The notes under the pieces: model-generated
Databases searched by the model: none
Told to the model about the DNA's origin: nothing
Seen by the model: only the letters and a program-made list of their open reading frames with translations
DNA from: an uncultured Verrucomicrobiae bacterium
Lineage (GTDB): Bacteria > Verrucomicrobiota > Verrucomicrobiia > Chthoniobacterales > UBA10450
Length of the DNA: 64,000 bases
NCBI GenBank assembly: GCA_963834385.1
Contig: CAWIBO010000005.1
Span: 128,001-192,000, forward strand
Reading direction: 5' to 3'
Shown here: piece by piece, positions 7,409-18,604 of the stretch
Numbering within the stretch: the first letter of the stretch is position 1
How the letters are laid out: each line of letters begins with the position of its first letter
Position numbers and translations under genes: made by a program

Positions 7409-10400
7409 ATGAGCGCGGGCCTGGAGTTTCGGTTGAACGGCGCGCCCGTGCGCGTCGAGGGCGTTTCCCCGAACGTCACGCTGCTGAACTGGCTGCGGGA
7501 ACGCGGCCTGACCGGTTCCAAGGAGGGCTGCGCCGAGGGCGATTGCGGCGCCTGCTCGGTGGCGATCGTCGATCGCGACGCGAAAGGGCAGGCGATGCTA
7601 CCGCTCCGTCAACAGTTGCCTGATGCCGCTCCCGTTGGTCGCCGGGCGCGATGTGATCACGGTGGAAGGCGTCGCGGGCGAGGCGGGCAAAGACGGGGAA
7701 GCCGCGGGCCGGAACGGTGGCTGTGCGCTGCACCCGGTGCAGCAGGCCATGGTGGAACATTTCGGATCGCAATGCGGCTATTGCACGCCCGGGTTCATCA
7801 TGTCGCTCTTTGAAGGGTATTATCGGAAGGATCTCACCACCCCGGGCCAGCTCGACGAACAACTCTGCGGCAATCTCTGCCGGTGCACCGGTTACCGGCC
7901 GATCCGCGACGCGGCGCGGGCGGCCCTGGCCGTGCGCGAAAAGAACGATCGGTTTTTGGCGGAGCTCAAAGGCGGGAAAGGCAGGATCGGTTCCGTCCGT
8001 TACGCCAGTGGCGGTGAAAAATTTCTCCGGCCCGTCTCCCTGGCGAAACTGTTCGCGGCCATGCAGGAAAATCCGGAGGCGCGCCTGATCGCGGGAGCGA
8101 CCGAGCTCGGCCTCGAGATCACCAAGAAGTTCAGGAAGTTCCCCGTCCTGATCTCATTGGAGGCGGTGCCGGAGTTGAACGAGGTGAGCGCCGACGCCTC
8201 GACCTGGACGATTGGCGCCGCCACCAACCTGACCCGGCTCGATGATCTTCTCGGAGCGGAATATCCCGAGCTGCACGAGATGCTCATCCTTTTCGGGTCG
8301 CGCCAGATCCGCAACCGCGCCACTCTCGGCGGCAACCTCGTCACGGCCTCGCCGATTGGCGACTCGGCGCCGGTCCTGCTCGCGCTCGAGGCCAGCGTGA
8401 TTCTGGCTTCCGCCACGGGCGAACGCACCCTTCCGCTCGACCAGTTCTTTGTTTCCTATCGCCAAACGGCCCTGGCGCCCGGCGAAATTCTCAAGGCCGT
8501 GCTGCTGCCCCGCTTCCCGGAAAAAGAACGGGTGGTTCGCCGTTTCTACAAGGTGTCGAAGCGGCGCGAGATGGATATCAGCACCGTGGCCGGTGCGTTT
8601 GTCCTGCGCCTGGACGAACGAAACGTCATCACCCGCGCCCGGCTCGCCTATGGCGGCGTCGCGGCCATGCCGGTCCGGGCGCGCGCGACCGAGCAGGCCC
8701 TCGAAGGCCGCGCCTGGGATGAGGCAGACCCTCGCGGCGGTGCGGCCCACGCTGGAGAAGGAGTTCGCGCCGATCTCGGATGTGCGCGGCAGCGCGGCTT
8801 ACCGGGGACGGCTCATCGCCAGTCTGCTCGAGAAATGTTTTGCCGGGGAAGATTCCCTTGCGGCCGAAGTGACAACGCCGCTGTCGAGACCCGCCGTCCG
8901 ATGCCGAGTGCCTTGCGCAAAACGGCGTCGCTGCCGCACGAAAGCGCGCACAAACACGTCACCGGCGAAGCGGTTTATGTGGATGACCGCGCCCAGAGTG
9001 AGGAGATGCTCGAGGTCTGTCCGGTCTGCGCGCCGCATGCCCGGGCAAAGATTATCGCGCGCGACGCGGCCGCGGCCCGCGCCCTCCCGGGTGTCCGCGC
9101 CGTGCTCCTGGCCGAGGATGTGCCGGGATTAAACGATGTCGGGGCGGTGCGGCACGACGAAATCCTGCTGGCCGACCGGGAAGTCTTTTACCACGGGCAG
9201 ATCGTTGCGCTGGTCGTGGCCGAGACGGAAGAGATCGCCCGGGCGGCGGCGGCTTTGGTCGCGGTCGAATACGAGCCGATGCCTCCGATCTTCACGATTG
9301 AAGAGGCCATTGCGGCCGAAAGTTTTCACACTGAACCGAACTTTATCCGGCGCGGTGATGTCGGTTTGGCGTTGCGTGAGGCGTCCAGCCGCCTTCAAGG
9401 CGAGTTCTCCTTTGGCGGCCAGGACCATTTCTACCTGGAAACGAATGCCGCCTGGGCCGAGGCGGGTGAAGACGGCACGATCTTCGTCAGCTCCTCCACG
9501 CAGCATCCCTCCGAGGTGCAGCACATCGTCGCCCACGTGCTCAAGCTGCCGATGAGCAGCGTGGTGGTGGAATGCCCGCGCATGGGCGGCGGGTTCGGCG
9601 GCAAGGAAACGCAGGCGGCCGGTCTGGCGGCGCTCGCCGCGCTCGCGGCCACGATGACGCGGCGAAAGGTCCGGATCCGTTACAACCGCGACCAGGACAT
9701 GATGATCACCGGCAAACGGCATCCGTTCCTTGGGCGGTTCGAGGTGGGCTTCACCCCGGAAGGTCTTCTGACGGCGGCGCGGGTCGAGCTTTTCTCGAAC
9801 GGCGGCTGGTCGCTCGATCTTTCCCGCGCGGTGACTGATCGCGCCGTTTTTCATCTCGATAACGCTTATTACATCCCGAACGTTGAGTTCAGCGGCGCGG
9901 TGGCAAAGACAAACCTCGCTTCCAACACCGCCTTTCGCGGATTTGGCGGCCCGCAGGGAATGCTGGTGATCGAGGAGATCCTTGATCGCGTGGCGCGCGC
10001 CACCGGCCTGGCCCCCGAGATGGTGCGGGAACGCAATCTTTATCGCGGGACCGGCGAGACCAACACCACGCATTACGGCCAGGAGATCGAGGACAACCGG
10101 ATCCAGCGTGTCTGGCACGAGCTGATGGAATCCAGCGAGTTTGCGGGGCGCCGCGCAGAGCAGCGCCGGTGGAACGCGGAGCACCAGCATCGGAAGCGGG
10201 GGCTGGCCATGACGCCGGTCAAGTTCGGGATCTCCTTTACCACCACCCACCTGAACCAGGCCGGCGCGCTCGTCCTGCTCTACCAGGATGGGACGGCGCA
10301 GGTGAACCATGGCGGCACCGAGATGGGGCAGGGCGTCTACAGCAACATCGCGCTGATTGCCGCGCGCGAGCTCGGCTTTTCGCCCGACCGCATCCGGGTC

Positions 10401-11279
10401 ATGGCCACCCGCACTGACAAGGTGCCGAACACCTCCGCCACCGCCGCTTCCTGCGGCACCGACCTGAACGGCGCGGCCGTGCGCGATGCCTGCCTGACCC
10501 TGCGGAAGCGCCTGCTTCCGTTCGCGGTCGAACTGGTGACGGCCAAAACGGGACGCGCGCTTCCGCCGGAGAAGATCGCGTTTCTCGACAACTTCGTTTT
10601 CGATCTGGAAATGCCCGGCCAGCAGGTGCCGGTGGCGGAGGTTCTCCAGCGGGCCTATTTCGCCCGGACGAGCCTGAGCGCGACCGGTTTTTACAAAACG
10701 CCCGATATCAACTACGACCGCGAGGCGGGACGCGGGAAACCGTTCCATTATTTTGCGGTCGGCGCCGCCGTGAGCGAGGTCGAGGTGGATGGTCTCACCG
10801 GGATGCACCAAATTCGGCGGGTCGATATCCTGCACGACGCGGGCGACCCGGTGAATTACGGGATCACGCGCGGCCAGATCGAGGGCGGGTTTGTGCAGGG
10901 AGCGGGCTGGCTCACCTGCGAGGAGCTGGTCTGGGATTCCGACGGCCGGTTGCGGACCCATTCGCCCGACACCTACAAGATCCCGGCGGTGGGGGACGCG
11001 CCGGATCTGTTCAACGTCCAGCTCTTGAGCGAGGCGACCCAGGCCAACGTGGTGCACGGGAGCAAGGCGGTGGGCGAACCGCCGCTCATGCTGGCGATCT
11101 CCGTGCGCGAGGCGATTCGCGACGCGGTGGCGGCGTTTGTTGAAGCGGAAGGCCCGGTGCCGCTGGCCTCCCCGGCCACGGCTGAGGCGATCTCGAACGC
11201 GATCGCCGGGCGATCAAGCCGGCCGAAACCGGCCGACGCCACCCCGGAGCATGCCATGGCCGATACGGTTCTGCAGTGA
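7409..11279 (+). CDS. xdhB: Xanthine dehydrogenase, apparent XdhA-XdhB fusion (2Fe-2S + FAD + Mo domains; indels near 7595, 8725, 8895)
   Basis: 2Fe-2S motifs [35 protein letters not shown] domain [22 protein letters not shown]. Moco domain [40 protein letters not shown]. Confidence 0.92.
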
Positions 11280-11281
11280 AC

Positions 11282-11340
11282 CTCCCGGGTAGGGTGGGCG
11301 TCCCGCCCGCCGGTCCGGGCGTCTCGCCCGGACGCACTTT
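11282..11340 (+). repeat. GTAG-type REP-like double hairpin (intergenic copy)
   Basis: CTCCCGGGTAGGGTGGGCGTCCCGCCCGCCGGTCCGGGCGTCTCGCCCGGACGCACTTT. It is 52/59 identical to the reverse complement of 32128..32186 inside thrS. Confidence 0.9.
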
Positions 11341-11501
11341 CGTGTCCCCTCTACGCGCAGAGCCTATTTTTTCCGGGAGTAAGCAAGAGCGGTCAGAGTC
11401 CGACAAACCCGTTCCGCATCCGGTGGTTTATCCCGCTGGCCAAGCGCGTTAACTCGCGGCTATGATCCCGTGCCCGCCGGCCAACCGGGGATGGCGAATC
11501 G

Positions 11502-13232
11502 ATGAGACAACTCCAGCATAAACTGAGCGTGGCCCGCGGCGAAGAGCCGGCGGAATTGCTCTTCAAGAACGCGCGCCTGATCAATGTCTTCAGCGGCGAG
11601 ATCCATCCGGCCAGCGTGGCGGTGGACGACGGGCGGGTGATCGGTTTCGGAGATTATGAAGCGCGGGAAACCATCGATCTCGAAGGGGCTTTCCTCGCCC
11701 CCGGGCTGATTGACGGGCATTTTCACGTCGAAAGCACGCTCGTGACCGTGCCGGAGTTCGCGCGCGCGGTGGTGCCGCGAGGGACTTCCGCGATGGTGAT
11801 CGATCCGCACGAACTGACCAACGTCCTTGGGCGTGAAGGTATCGATTATGTGGTGGCGGCGAGCCGCGGACTGCCGATCGACTTTTTTATCATGCTGCCG
11901 TCGTGCGTCCCGGCGACCCACCTCGAGACGAGCGGCGCGCGCCTGCAGGCTTCCGATCTCGCCGAGATGATCAACGGCGAGCGCGTGGCTGGCGTGGCGG
12001 AGCTGATGAATTATCCGGGCGTTTTCCTGGGACTGGAAACAGAGCTGGCCAAGGTTCGCGCGGGCAAGGGCAAGCTGATCGACGGTCACGCCCCGGGCTT
12101 GCGCGGGCGCAACCTGAACGCCTACGCCCTCGCCGGGGTCCGCTCCGATCACGAGAGCACGGAGCTGGAGGAAGCGCGGGAGAAACTGCGGCTCGGGTTT
12201 CATCTCCTCGTGCGCGAGGGGAGCACGGAACGCAATCTCGAGCACCTCATTCCGCTCGTGACCCCGCAAAACTCGTCCAACTGCTCGTTTGCCACCGACG
12301 ATAAACTGCCGAGCGATCTGCTCGACGAAGGCCACATCGATCACTCGATCCGCAAGGCCATCGGGCTCGGCCTCGACCCGGTCACCGCCGTCCAGATGGG
12401 CACGATCAACACCGCCCGCCATTATCGCCTGCGCAATCATGGCGCGATCGCGCCGCGTTACTGGGCTGATTTCATTGTCCTCGATGACCTGACGACCTTC
12501 AAAATCCGGCGCGTCTACAAAAAGGGCCGGCTGGTCGCGGAGGAAGGGCGTTATCTCGGGGAGAAGGTCGCGGCCCCGCCGTCGCCCCGCCAAAGCATGA
12601 ATGTCCGTTTCGGGGGCGCGACCGACATCGCGGTCCAGGCCGCAGGCGCCGAAAAGATCCGGGTGATCGAGATCATTCCCGATCAGATCGTGACGAATTC
12701 CGTGGAGCTGAAACCGAAGATCGAGGAGGACCGCATTGTCTCCGATCCGTCCCGCGACATCCTCAAGCTTGTGGTGGTGGAACGGCACCATGGCACCGGC
12801 AACGTCGGGGTCGGGTTTGTTCGCGGCTTTGGCCTGAAAAACGGCGCCCTCGGTTCGACCGTGGCCCACGACGCGCACAACATCGTGGTGGTGGGGGTGG
12901 CGGATGATGACATCGTGGCGGCGGTGCAGGCCTTGGAGAAAATGGGCGGCGGGCAGCTGGCGGTGGAGCAGGGGAAGGTGACCGCTTCGCTGCCGTTGCC
13001 GATCGCCGGGCTGATCTCCGACCGCCCGCTGGCGGAAGTGGTGGAGCAGTTGCGGGGATTGAACGCCGCCGCGGCGACGCTCGGGACCGCGCTCCCGGCC
13101 CCGTTCATGTCGCTTTCTTTCCTCAGCCTTTCCCCGATCCCCGCGCTCAAGTTGACCGACCAGGGGCTGGTGGACGCCGTGAGAATGGAGCTGATCCCGC
13201 TGATCGCAGTGCCGAAAAGCAAAGCCCCGTGA
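11502..13232 (+). CDS. ade: Adenine deaminase
   Basis: PGLIDGHFHVES, DPHELTNVLG, DGHAPG, SDHE, REGS, ATDD, STVAHDAHN, LPLPIAGL, IPALKLTDQGL. Confidence 0.95.
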   Translation: MRQLQHKLSVARGEEPAELLFKNARLINVFSGEIHPASVAVDDGRVIGFGDYEARETIDLEGAFLAPGLIDGHFHVESTLVTVPEFARAVVPRGTSAMVIDPHELTNVLGREGIDYVVAASRGLPIDFFIMLPSCVPATHLETSGARLQASDLAEMINGERVAGVAELMNYPGVFLGLETELAKVRAGKGKLIDGHAPGLRGRNLNAYALAGVRSDHESTELEEAREKLRLGFHLLVREGSTERNLEHLIPLVTPQNSSNCSFATDDKLPSDLLDEGHIDHSIRKAIGLGLDPVTAVQMGTINTARHYRLRNHGAIAPRYWADFIVLDDLTTFKIRRVYKKGRLVAEEGRYLGEKVAAPPSPRQSMNVRFGGATDIAVQAAGAEKIRVIEIIPDQIVTNSVELKPKIEEDRIVSDPSRDILKLVVVERHHGTGNVGVGFVRGFGLKNGALGSTVAHDAHNIVVVGVADDDIVAAVQALEKMGGGQLAVEQGKVTASLPLPIAGLISDRPLAEVVEQLRGLNAAAATLGTALPAPFMSLSFLSLSPIPALKLTDQGLVDAVRMELIPLIAVPKSKAP

Positions 13233-13867
13233 AAATTTACGATATTTCGCGCGTGCTCTCGTCCGAACTGGCGCCGTGGCCGGGCGACACCACGTTCCAG
13301 TATGAGCTGGCGGCCACCATTGCCGGCGGTTACTCCGTGAACGTCGGCCGCGTCACGGCCAGCATTCATACCGGCAGCCATGTGGACGCCTTCTATCACT
13401 TCGACGATGCCGGGAAAAAACTGGAGGCGCTCGAGCTGGAACGTTACCTGGGCCCGGCCCTTGTCGTTGATGTGACCGCGAAATGCGGCCGCGATCCGGC
13501 TGCCGTTATTTCCGTGACCGATCTCGAGCCGTTTGTGGCGCGGAACGTGGCCCGGTTGCTCCTGCGCACCGGTGGCTGGCCCGACTCGAACCGCTTTCCC
13601 GCCTCGATTCCCGTGATGGCGCCCGACGTTCCGGAATACCTGCGGGAAACGGGGGTGCGACTCCTTGGGCTTGATGTGCCGTCGGTGGACGCGATTGACT
13701 CGAAAGATCTGAAGAATCACCACGCCCTCGCGGCCGCCGATGTGGCGATTCTCGAGGGACTCGATCTTTCAGGGATTGAGGCCGGCGAGTATATGCTCTC
13801 CGCACTGCCGCTGCGGATTGCCGGGGCGGACGGTTCGCCGGTGCGCGCTGTTCTCTGGCGCGACTGA
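13229..13867 (+). CDS. kynB: Cyclase-family amidohydrolase, probably kynurenine formamidase
   Basis: WPGD, HTGSHVDAFYHF, GLDVPSVD, ILEGL, PLRIAGADGSPVRAVL. Substrate is inferred from family only. Confidence 0.75.
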   Translation: MKIYDISRVLSSELAPWPGDTTFQYELAATIAGGYSVNVGRVTASIHTGSHVDAFYHFDDAGKKLEALELERYLGPALVVDVTAKCGRDPAAVISVTDLEPFVARNVARLLLRTGGWPDSNRFPASIPVMAPDVPEYLRETGVRLLGLDVPSVDAIDSKDLKNHHALAAADVAILEGLDLSGIEAGEYMLSALPLRIAGADGSPVRAVLWRD

Positions 13868-13871
13868 CCCG

Positions 13872-15344
13872 ATGCGTTCCCCGACGGAACCGGCCTGGCT
13901 GGAAGAGCCCGGAACTTTCTGGATGCTGGCGGGGCTGATCGTGCTGCTTTTCGCCCTGACCAATCTGCCCTGGACGCTGGACGACTATGACCAGGCCAAA
14001 CAGGCCTACACCTCGTTCGAGATGGTGGAAGGCGGGCAATGGCTCTACCAGCACACGCCCAATGGAAAGACCGCGACAAAGCCGCCTTTGCTGGGGTGGA
14101 TCTCGGCTGGTCTCTATTCTTCCACCGGCTCGTGGGAGCTGGCCTGGCGTCTGCCACCGCTTCTTTCCGCGTTGATCCTGCTCGGGGTGATTTATCGCGC
14201 GGCCGCCAATGCCTTCGGCGCCGCCGCCGGGCTCATGGCGCTGGGTGCCGCCGGCCTCAATTTTCTTTCACCGCGCCTTGCGACTCTTGTCCGGACCGAC
14301 ATGACCCTGGCGCTGCTGATTTTTCTGCTCGGCTGGCAGATCTGGCAAAAGGTGCGGCGAAACGAGCCCTGGGAATTCGAGGATCGCCTGATCGCCTTTC
14401 TTCTCCTGGCCGCGGCCATGCTGATCAAAGGCCCGATCGTTTACGCTTTTCTCTGGCCGGGCCTGGTCGCTTTTCACTTCTGGAAACGGCGACGCGCCCC
14501 GCAGGTGCGGGCCTGGTGCGGCTGGTCGCCCTGGTTCTGGTCGCTCGTTCTTTTCCTCGGCTGGGCCGTGGGCGGCATCTTTTTCATGCCGGGATTTTTT
14601 GATGATGTCGTGATGAAAGAGTTCCTCGGGCGCTTCGGCGAAACGGCGCACCGGCCGCAACCGTTCTATTTCTATCTGCCGCATTTGCTCTGGCGCATGG
14701 CGCCCTGGAGCGTCCTGCTCCTCGCTTTTGCCGTTCTGTTGCGACGGGAACGCGGCGCCGCGCGCCCGCCGATGCAGCCGGAAACGGCCTGGCTCGTCTG
14801 CTGGGTGCTCGGCGCCCTCGTGGTCATGTCCCTGATCCCGTCGAAACGCGTGGACCGGATTTATCCCGTGGTCCCGCCGCTGGCGCTTTTGCTCGGCCTC
14901 ACCTACCAGCGACTGGTTGCGCGGGAGGAACTGCGCGCCCGGGCGCGCCAATGGGCGACGCTGACCCTGCTGGCCGCGGCGGTTGCGGCCACCGGCTACA
15001 CCACCGCCAGGATTTATTTTTCCTGGCGGGCGGACGATGCCGCCCTGACCCGTTTCGCCGGGCAGGTCCGGGAGGAAGCCGCCCGGCACGACTGGCAGTA
15101 TGCCGTGGTCGGCAAACGGCACGAGGGACTGCTGCTCTACCTTGGCAAACTGCGCTTCGTCAGCCTGGAAGAAGCGGCACGACTCTGGCGCGAGGGCGCA
15201 ATCGACGCCGTGGTGGCGCCGGATGACGAGCGCGCGCGGCTCCTGCGCGATCTCGAGGGATCCATCCCGGCCTGGCCGGAGGTGCGTTCCCCGCGGAAAC
15301 GCAATGCGCATTACATCATGCTGGCGCGTTCGCGCGCCCCTTAG
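13872..15344 (+). CDS. ArnT/PMT (GT-C) family membrane glycosyltransferase
   Basis: Multi-TM protein with KPPL, RLP, RTDM, KGP, H.QPFYFY, SKR..IYP motifs. Confidence 0.8.
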   Translation: MRSPTEPAWLEEPGTFWMLAGLIVLLFALTNLPWTLDDYDQAKQAYTSFEMVEGGQWLYQHTPNGKTATKPPLLGWISAGLYSSTGSWELAWRLPPLLSALILLGVIYRAAANAFGAAAGLMALGAAGLNFLSPRLATLVRTDMTLALLIFLLGWQIWQKVRRNEPWEFEDRLIAFLLLAAAMLIKGPIVYAFLWPGLVAFHFWKRRRAPQVRAWCGWSPWFWSLVLFLGWAVGGIFFMPGFFDDVVMKEFLGRFGETAHRPQPFYFYLPHLLWRMAPWSVLLLAFAVLLRRERGAARPPMQPETAWLVCWVLGALVVMSLIPSKRVDRIYPVVPPLALLLGLTYQRLVAREELRARARQWATLTLLAAAVAATGYTTARIYFSWRADDAALTRFAGQVREEAARHDWQYAVVGKRHEGLLLYLGKLRFVSLEEAARLWREGAIDAVVAPDDERARLLRDLEGSIPAWPEVRSPRKRNAHYIMLARSRAP

Positions 15345-15389
15345 AAAAGCGTTCCGCTTTCGTCCCGGAACAGCTACGTTTTCGCCGCG

Positions 15390-15906
15390 ATGACTTTCCC
15401 GAAGGATCATCTCGAAACGCTCTGGTGCCCGTGGCGGGTCGAGTATTTCGAGCAGGAGAAAAACCCCGCGTTTCTCGAGGAGGCGGCCCGCGCGACCGAC
15501 GACGCGGCGCACCTGGTTTTAACGCGGCGAAAGAACGCCTTTCTGCTCATGAACCGGTATCCTTATTCGGTGGGGCATCTCCTGGCCGTGCCTTATCGCA
15601 AGGTTGGCGACCCTGCGGCCCTCGGCGAAAACGAGGTGCTCGATCTCTGGAACCTCGCCCTGCGGGGCCAGAAACTTCTGCGGGAGGTAACCCGGGCGGA
15701 AGGATTCAACATCGGCCTGAACCTGGGGGAATGCGCGGGGGCGGGGGTGCCCGACCATCTGCACCTGCATATTGTGCCCGCGCTGGAGCGGCGACACCAA
15801 TTTCATGCCGATCCTCGGCGGACCCCGCCTGCTGGGGGAAGCTTTGCAGGGTCTTTACGAAAAGCTGCTGACAGCGCAGGAACAGCTCGCTACGAATAGG
15901 GTATGA
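15390..15906 (+). CDS. HIT-family hydrolase (Ap4A phosphorylase-like; frameshift near 15780)
   Basis: LWCPWR, MNRYPYSVGHLL, GFNIGLNLG..AGAGVPDHLHLHIVP. The shifted frame continues RWSGDTNFMP to TGA at 15904-15906. Confidence 0.88.
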
Positions 15907-16550
15907 CGACTCCGAACACCTGGATCGAGCCGCCGCCGCGCAAAGGCATGGGATGTTTTGCCAAGGGCTGCCTCATCCTGTTTGCTTTCACCGCTCTCCT
16001 GATTGTCGCCCTGGTCGCCGGTGGCGTCTTCGCCGTGCGCAAGGTCAAGACCGAGTTTCTCCCGGGGGAACCGTTGCCCATGCCGCCGGTGCAATATGTC
16101 GAGTCCGAGATTCGTTCCGCCGACGAACGCTGGGACACCTTCGTCGATACCTCGGAAGCCGGGCAACCGGCCCGGATTGAGCTGACCGAAAAGGAGGTCA
16201 ACGATCTGCTCGCGGCCGATCCCGACACGCGCGGCCGATTTTATGTCACCCTTTCCGAGAACACCGGGAAGCTTCAGATCTCCATCCCGCTCAAGGACGT
16301 GCCGTTCCTGAACGATCGTTATCTCAACGCCGTGGCCGTGGTCGCGGCCGGAGCCGACAAGACGATCCCGGGAGCCGAGGTGCGCCAGATCCAGATCAAT
16401 GGCCGCGATTTCTCCAACGACGTCCTCGACTGGCAATACCAGTCGAAATCGGTGCGCGGCGCTGCGGAGGATTTCGCGAAGGACCAGAACATCACGCTCT
16501 TCGACATTGTCGACGGCAAACTGATCCTCGAGGCGAACTCGCCCCGCTGA
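15903..16550 (+). CDS. Hypothetical membrane-anchored protein
   Basis: 215-aa ORF with GC(F)..GC followed by one TM helix. ATGA overlap with the HIT gene. Confidence 0.8.
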   Translation: MTTPNTWIEPPPRKGMGCFAKGCLILFAFTALLIVALVAGGVFAVRKVKTEFLPGEPLPMPPVQYVESEIRSADERWDTFVDTSEAGQPARIELTEKEVNDLLAADPDTRGRFYVTLSENTGKLQISIPLKDVPFLNDRYLNAVAVVAAGADKTIPGAEVRQIQINGRDFSNDVLDWQYQSKSVRGAAEDFAKDQNITLFDIVDGKLILEANSPR

Positions 16551-18200
16551 TCAGGGCCGGATGATTTCGCGCGCGAAAACGTTGATCTGGCCGCTGCCCT
16601 GTTTGCGGATCTCCGTGATCTCAAACGGCCGCAAGCCGTCCCGGACGATGATGCTTCCCTGCGCGGGGAGGGGATAGCCCGCCGGGAAATCGACCACCAC
16701 GCGGGTGGAACTCCCGGCCCCGGCCAGCCGGAGAACCGTGTCGGTCAGTCGGCCGCGCGGCCGGAGCACGGCGCGGTTGGCGTCGACGAAGTTCACCACG
16801 AATTGTCCGCGCAGGTAATAGCGTTCGCCGGCGGTGCCACGTTCCGCCACCTCGTTGATCTCCGCCGGATTGATCAAACGGCCCGCGGGCATCTTGCCCG
16901 GGTCGAAAACGCGCCAGGAACCGCCCCCGGCGGTCGAAGCGAGTGAATTGTTGTCCTGTTCCGGCACCGGGATGGCCGGCAAGACCGTCGGTGGCGTCAC
17001 GGCCTCCGGTTCCGCCTCGGCCACGGCATCGGCCTCATCATCAGCCGGCTGCGCGCGCGGCGCCACGATTGGCGGCACTGCCGGCGCCGGGGTGGACTTC
17101 GCGATTTGGCGGGGTGTCGGGGTCGGCGTTGCCGCCGGCGCGACCACACGTTCCTCGCCCTCGCTCGCGGGCTCGGGCGCCTTCGCCGGGGCCGTCTCGT
17201 TTTTCGCCACGGTCATCGGCGTTGCCGTTGCCACCGGTGAAGCCGTCGCGGCCGCGGCGGTCACCGGAGCCGGCGTTTCACCCCCGACAGCCTGGGCCGG
17301 GGCCACGCGGATCAGCTCGTTCTCGGCCGGGGTTTCCTTCGCTGACGCAGCAGAGGCGGCATCGGCCACCGCCGGGCTCGCGGTTTCCACCGGCAATCCC
17401 TGGCGGAACCGTTCGTAGCGCGTCTCGGCCACGCGACGCAGCGGTTCCTTGAAGAGCGGCCAGCCCGCCACCAGGTTCAGGTCATTCGGCGGCTCGAGGC
17501 TGAAAGTGGCGGTCCCGCGCGTGACGGTGTAGCTCCCGTAAAGCAGCGGGACCGCGGTGATCAGCAGCCGGCCATCGGGCAAACGGGTCGCGCGGATGAT
17601 GGCGGAAAGATCGTGCGTCCGCTCCAGCCGAATCTCCAGCCCGGTCGCCAGCGTCTGTTTCATCAGCGGCACATCCTGCGGGTTGCCCGGATAGAGATGC
17701 TCCATGAGCAGTTCGCCGCGGTCGGAGGCGCGGGTCAGCGCCACCATGCCGTTGGTAAAGATGTCGTCGTCGCCCAGCTCGCGCGCGTCGAGAATCTCGT
17801 AGCGCCCAACCACGTATGGAATCCGGCCGGAGACGTGCTGAAAGTTGCGGATGTAGTTGCGGGTTAGCTCGGCGTTTTTCTTGGCCAGCTCGGCCGGCCG
17901 CATCGCGATGTAACGCTCGTAGATCTGTTTCGGGCTGAGGAATTCGCCCCCGGGTGCGGCCGTCAGCTCGAACCGCTTCGGCGGATCGATCTTTTGCAGC
18001 TTTTGCAGGATGCGATAGCTGTCCGGCCGTTCCGGTTGCCCGAAGATGTAATAACTGCCGAGCCAGGCGGCGAGCGCGAAGCCCATCAGTAAAAGCAGCG
18101 TGATGGTCCAGCCGAAAAAATTCGTCCGGCGATGGGGCCGCGCATACCGCTCATCATAGCGGAAGAGCGTCTGGTCTAGCTCACGCTGGTGGCGCGTCAC
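16551..18200 (-). CDS. Hypothetical single-TM protein with Ala/Pro/Thr-rich linker
   Basis: 549-aa ORF with N-terminal TM and two globular regions separated by a low-complexity linker. Immediately downstream of the iscA-like gene. Confidence 0.8.
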   Translation of the reverse strand: MTRHQRELDQTLFRYDERYARPHRRTNFFGWTITLLLLMGFALAAWLGSYYIFGQPERPDSYRILQKLQKIDPPKRFELTAAPGGEFLSPKQIYERYIAMRPAELAKKNAELTRNYIRNFQHVSGRIPYVVGRYEILDARELGDDDIFTNGMVALTRASDRGELLMEHLYPGNPQDVPLMKQTLATGLEIRLERTHDLSAIIRATRLPDGRLLITAVPLLYGSYTVTRGTATFSLEPPNDLNLVAGWPLFKEPLRRVAETRYERFRQGLPVETASPAVADAASAASAKETPAENELIRVAPAQAVGGETPAPVTAAAATASPVATATPMTVAKNETAPAKAPEPASEGEERVVAPAATPTPTPRQIAKSTPAPAVPPIVAPRAQPADDEADAVAEAEPEAVTPPTVLPAIPVPEQDNNSLASTAGGGSWRVFDPGKMPAGRLINPAEINEVAERGTAGERYYLRGQFVVNFVDANRAVLRPRGRLTDTVLRLAGAGSSTRVVVDFPAGYPLPAQGSIIVRDGLRPFEITEIRKQGSGQINVFAREIIRP

Positions 18201-18207
18201 GTGGCGG

Positions 18208-18540
18208 CTATTTCGCGGTGGGCTCGAACGACGTGCCGCACCCGCAGGTGCGGGCCGCGTTCGGATTCACAATGCGGAAACCGGTGCCGGTCAGGCCGTC
18301 ATGATAATCCAGGGTCGCGCCGGCGAGGTGCTGGGCGCTCTCGGCGTCGACGAGGAAATCCACCCCGTCGCGGCTGACCACGGCGTCGTCGCCTTTGCGG
18401 GCGTCGAGCAGCATCTCGTATTGCAGACCGGAGCAGCCGCCCCGGGCAATCTGCACGCGCAGACCTTTCCCCTCGCTCCCAGGCTGGTCTTGCAGGAGCG
18501 AATGGAGGTGGCGCACGGCGCTGTCGGTCACTTCAATCAT
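18208..18540 (-). CDS. iscA: HesB/IscA family Fe-S cluster carrier protein
   Basis: GLRVQIARGGCSGLQY and F.I.NPNA..TCGCGTSF. Could equally be an ErpA/SufA paralog. Confidence 0.9.
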   Translation of the reverse strand: MIEVTDSAVRHLHSLLQDQPGSEGKGLRVQIARGGCSGLQYEMLLDARKGDDAVVSRDGVDFLVDAESAQHLAGATLDYHDGLTGTGFRIVNPNAARTCGCGTSFEPTAK

Positions 18541-18604
18541 GCCTGAAACGAAACTATCGCCGCAGGGGTTCAAGTCAACCGGCGCATGTCCCGTCAGCCG
18601 TTTA

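Noticed and set aside
7670..7725. Short Gly/Ala-rich insertion in the XDH Fe-S domain as a third REP insertion
   Set aside because: No palindrome and no match to the repeat families seen in this window.
11341..11501. Purine or xanthine riboswitch upstream of adenine deaminase
   Set aside because: I could not recognise a purine-riboswitch core. The region holds a REP-like element just upstream and a plausible TATGAT -10 box. An Rfam scan would be needed to exclude it fully.
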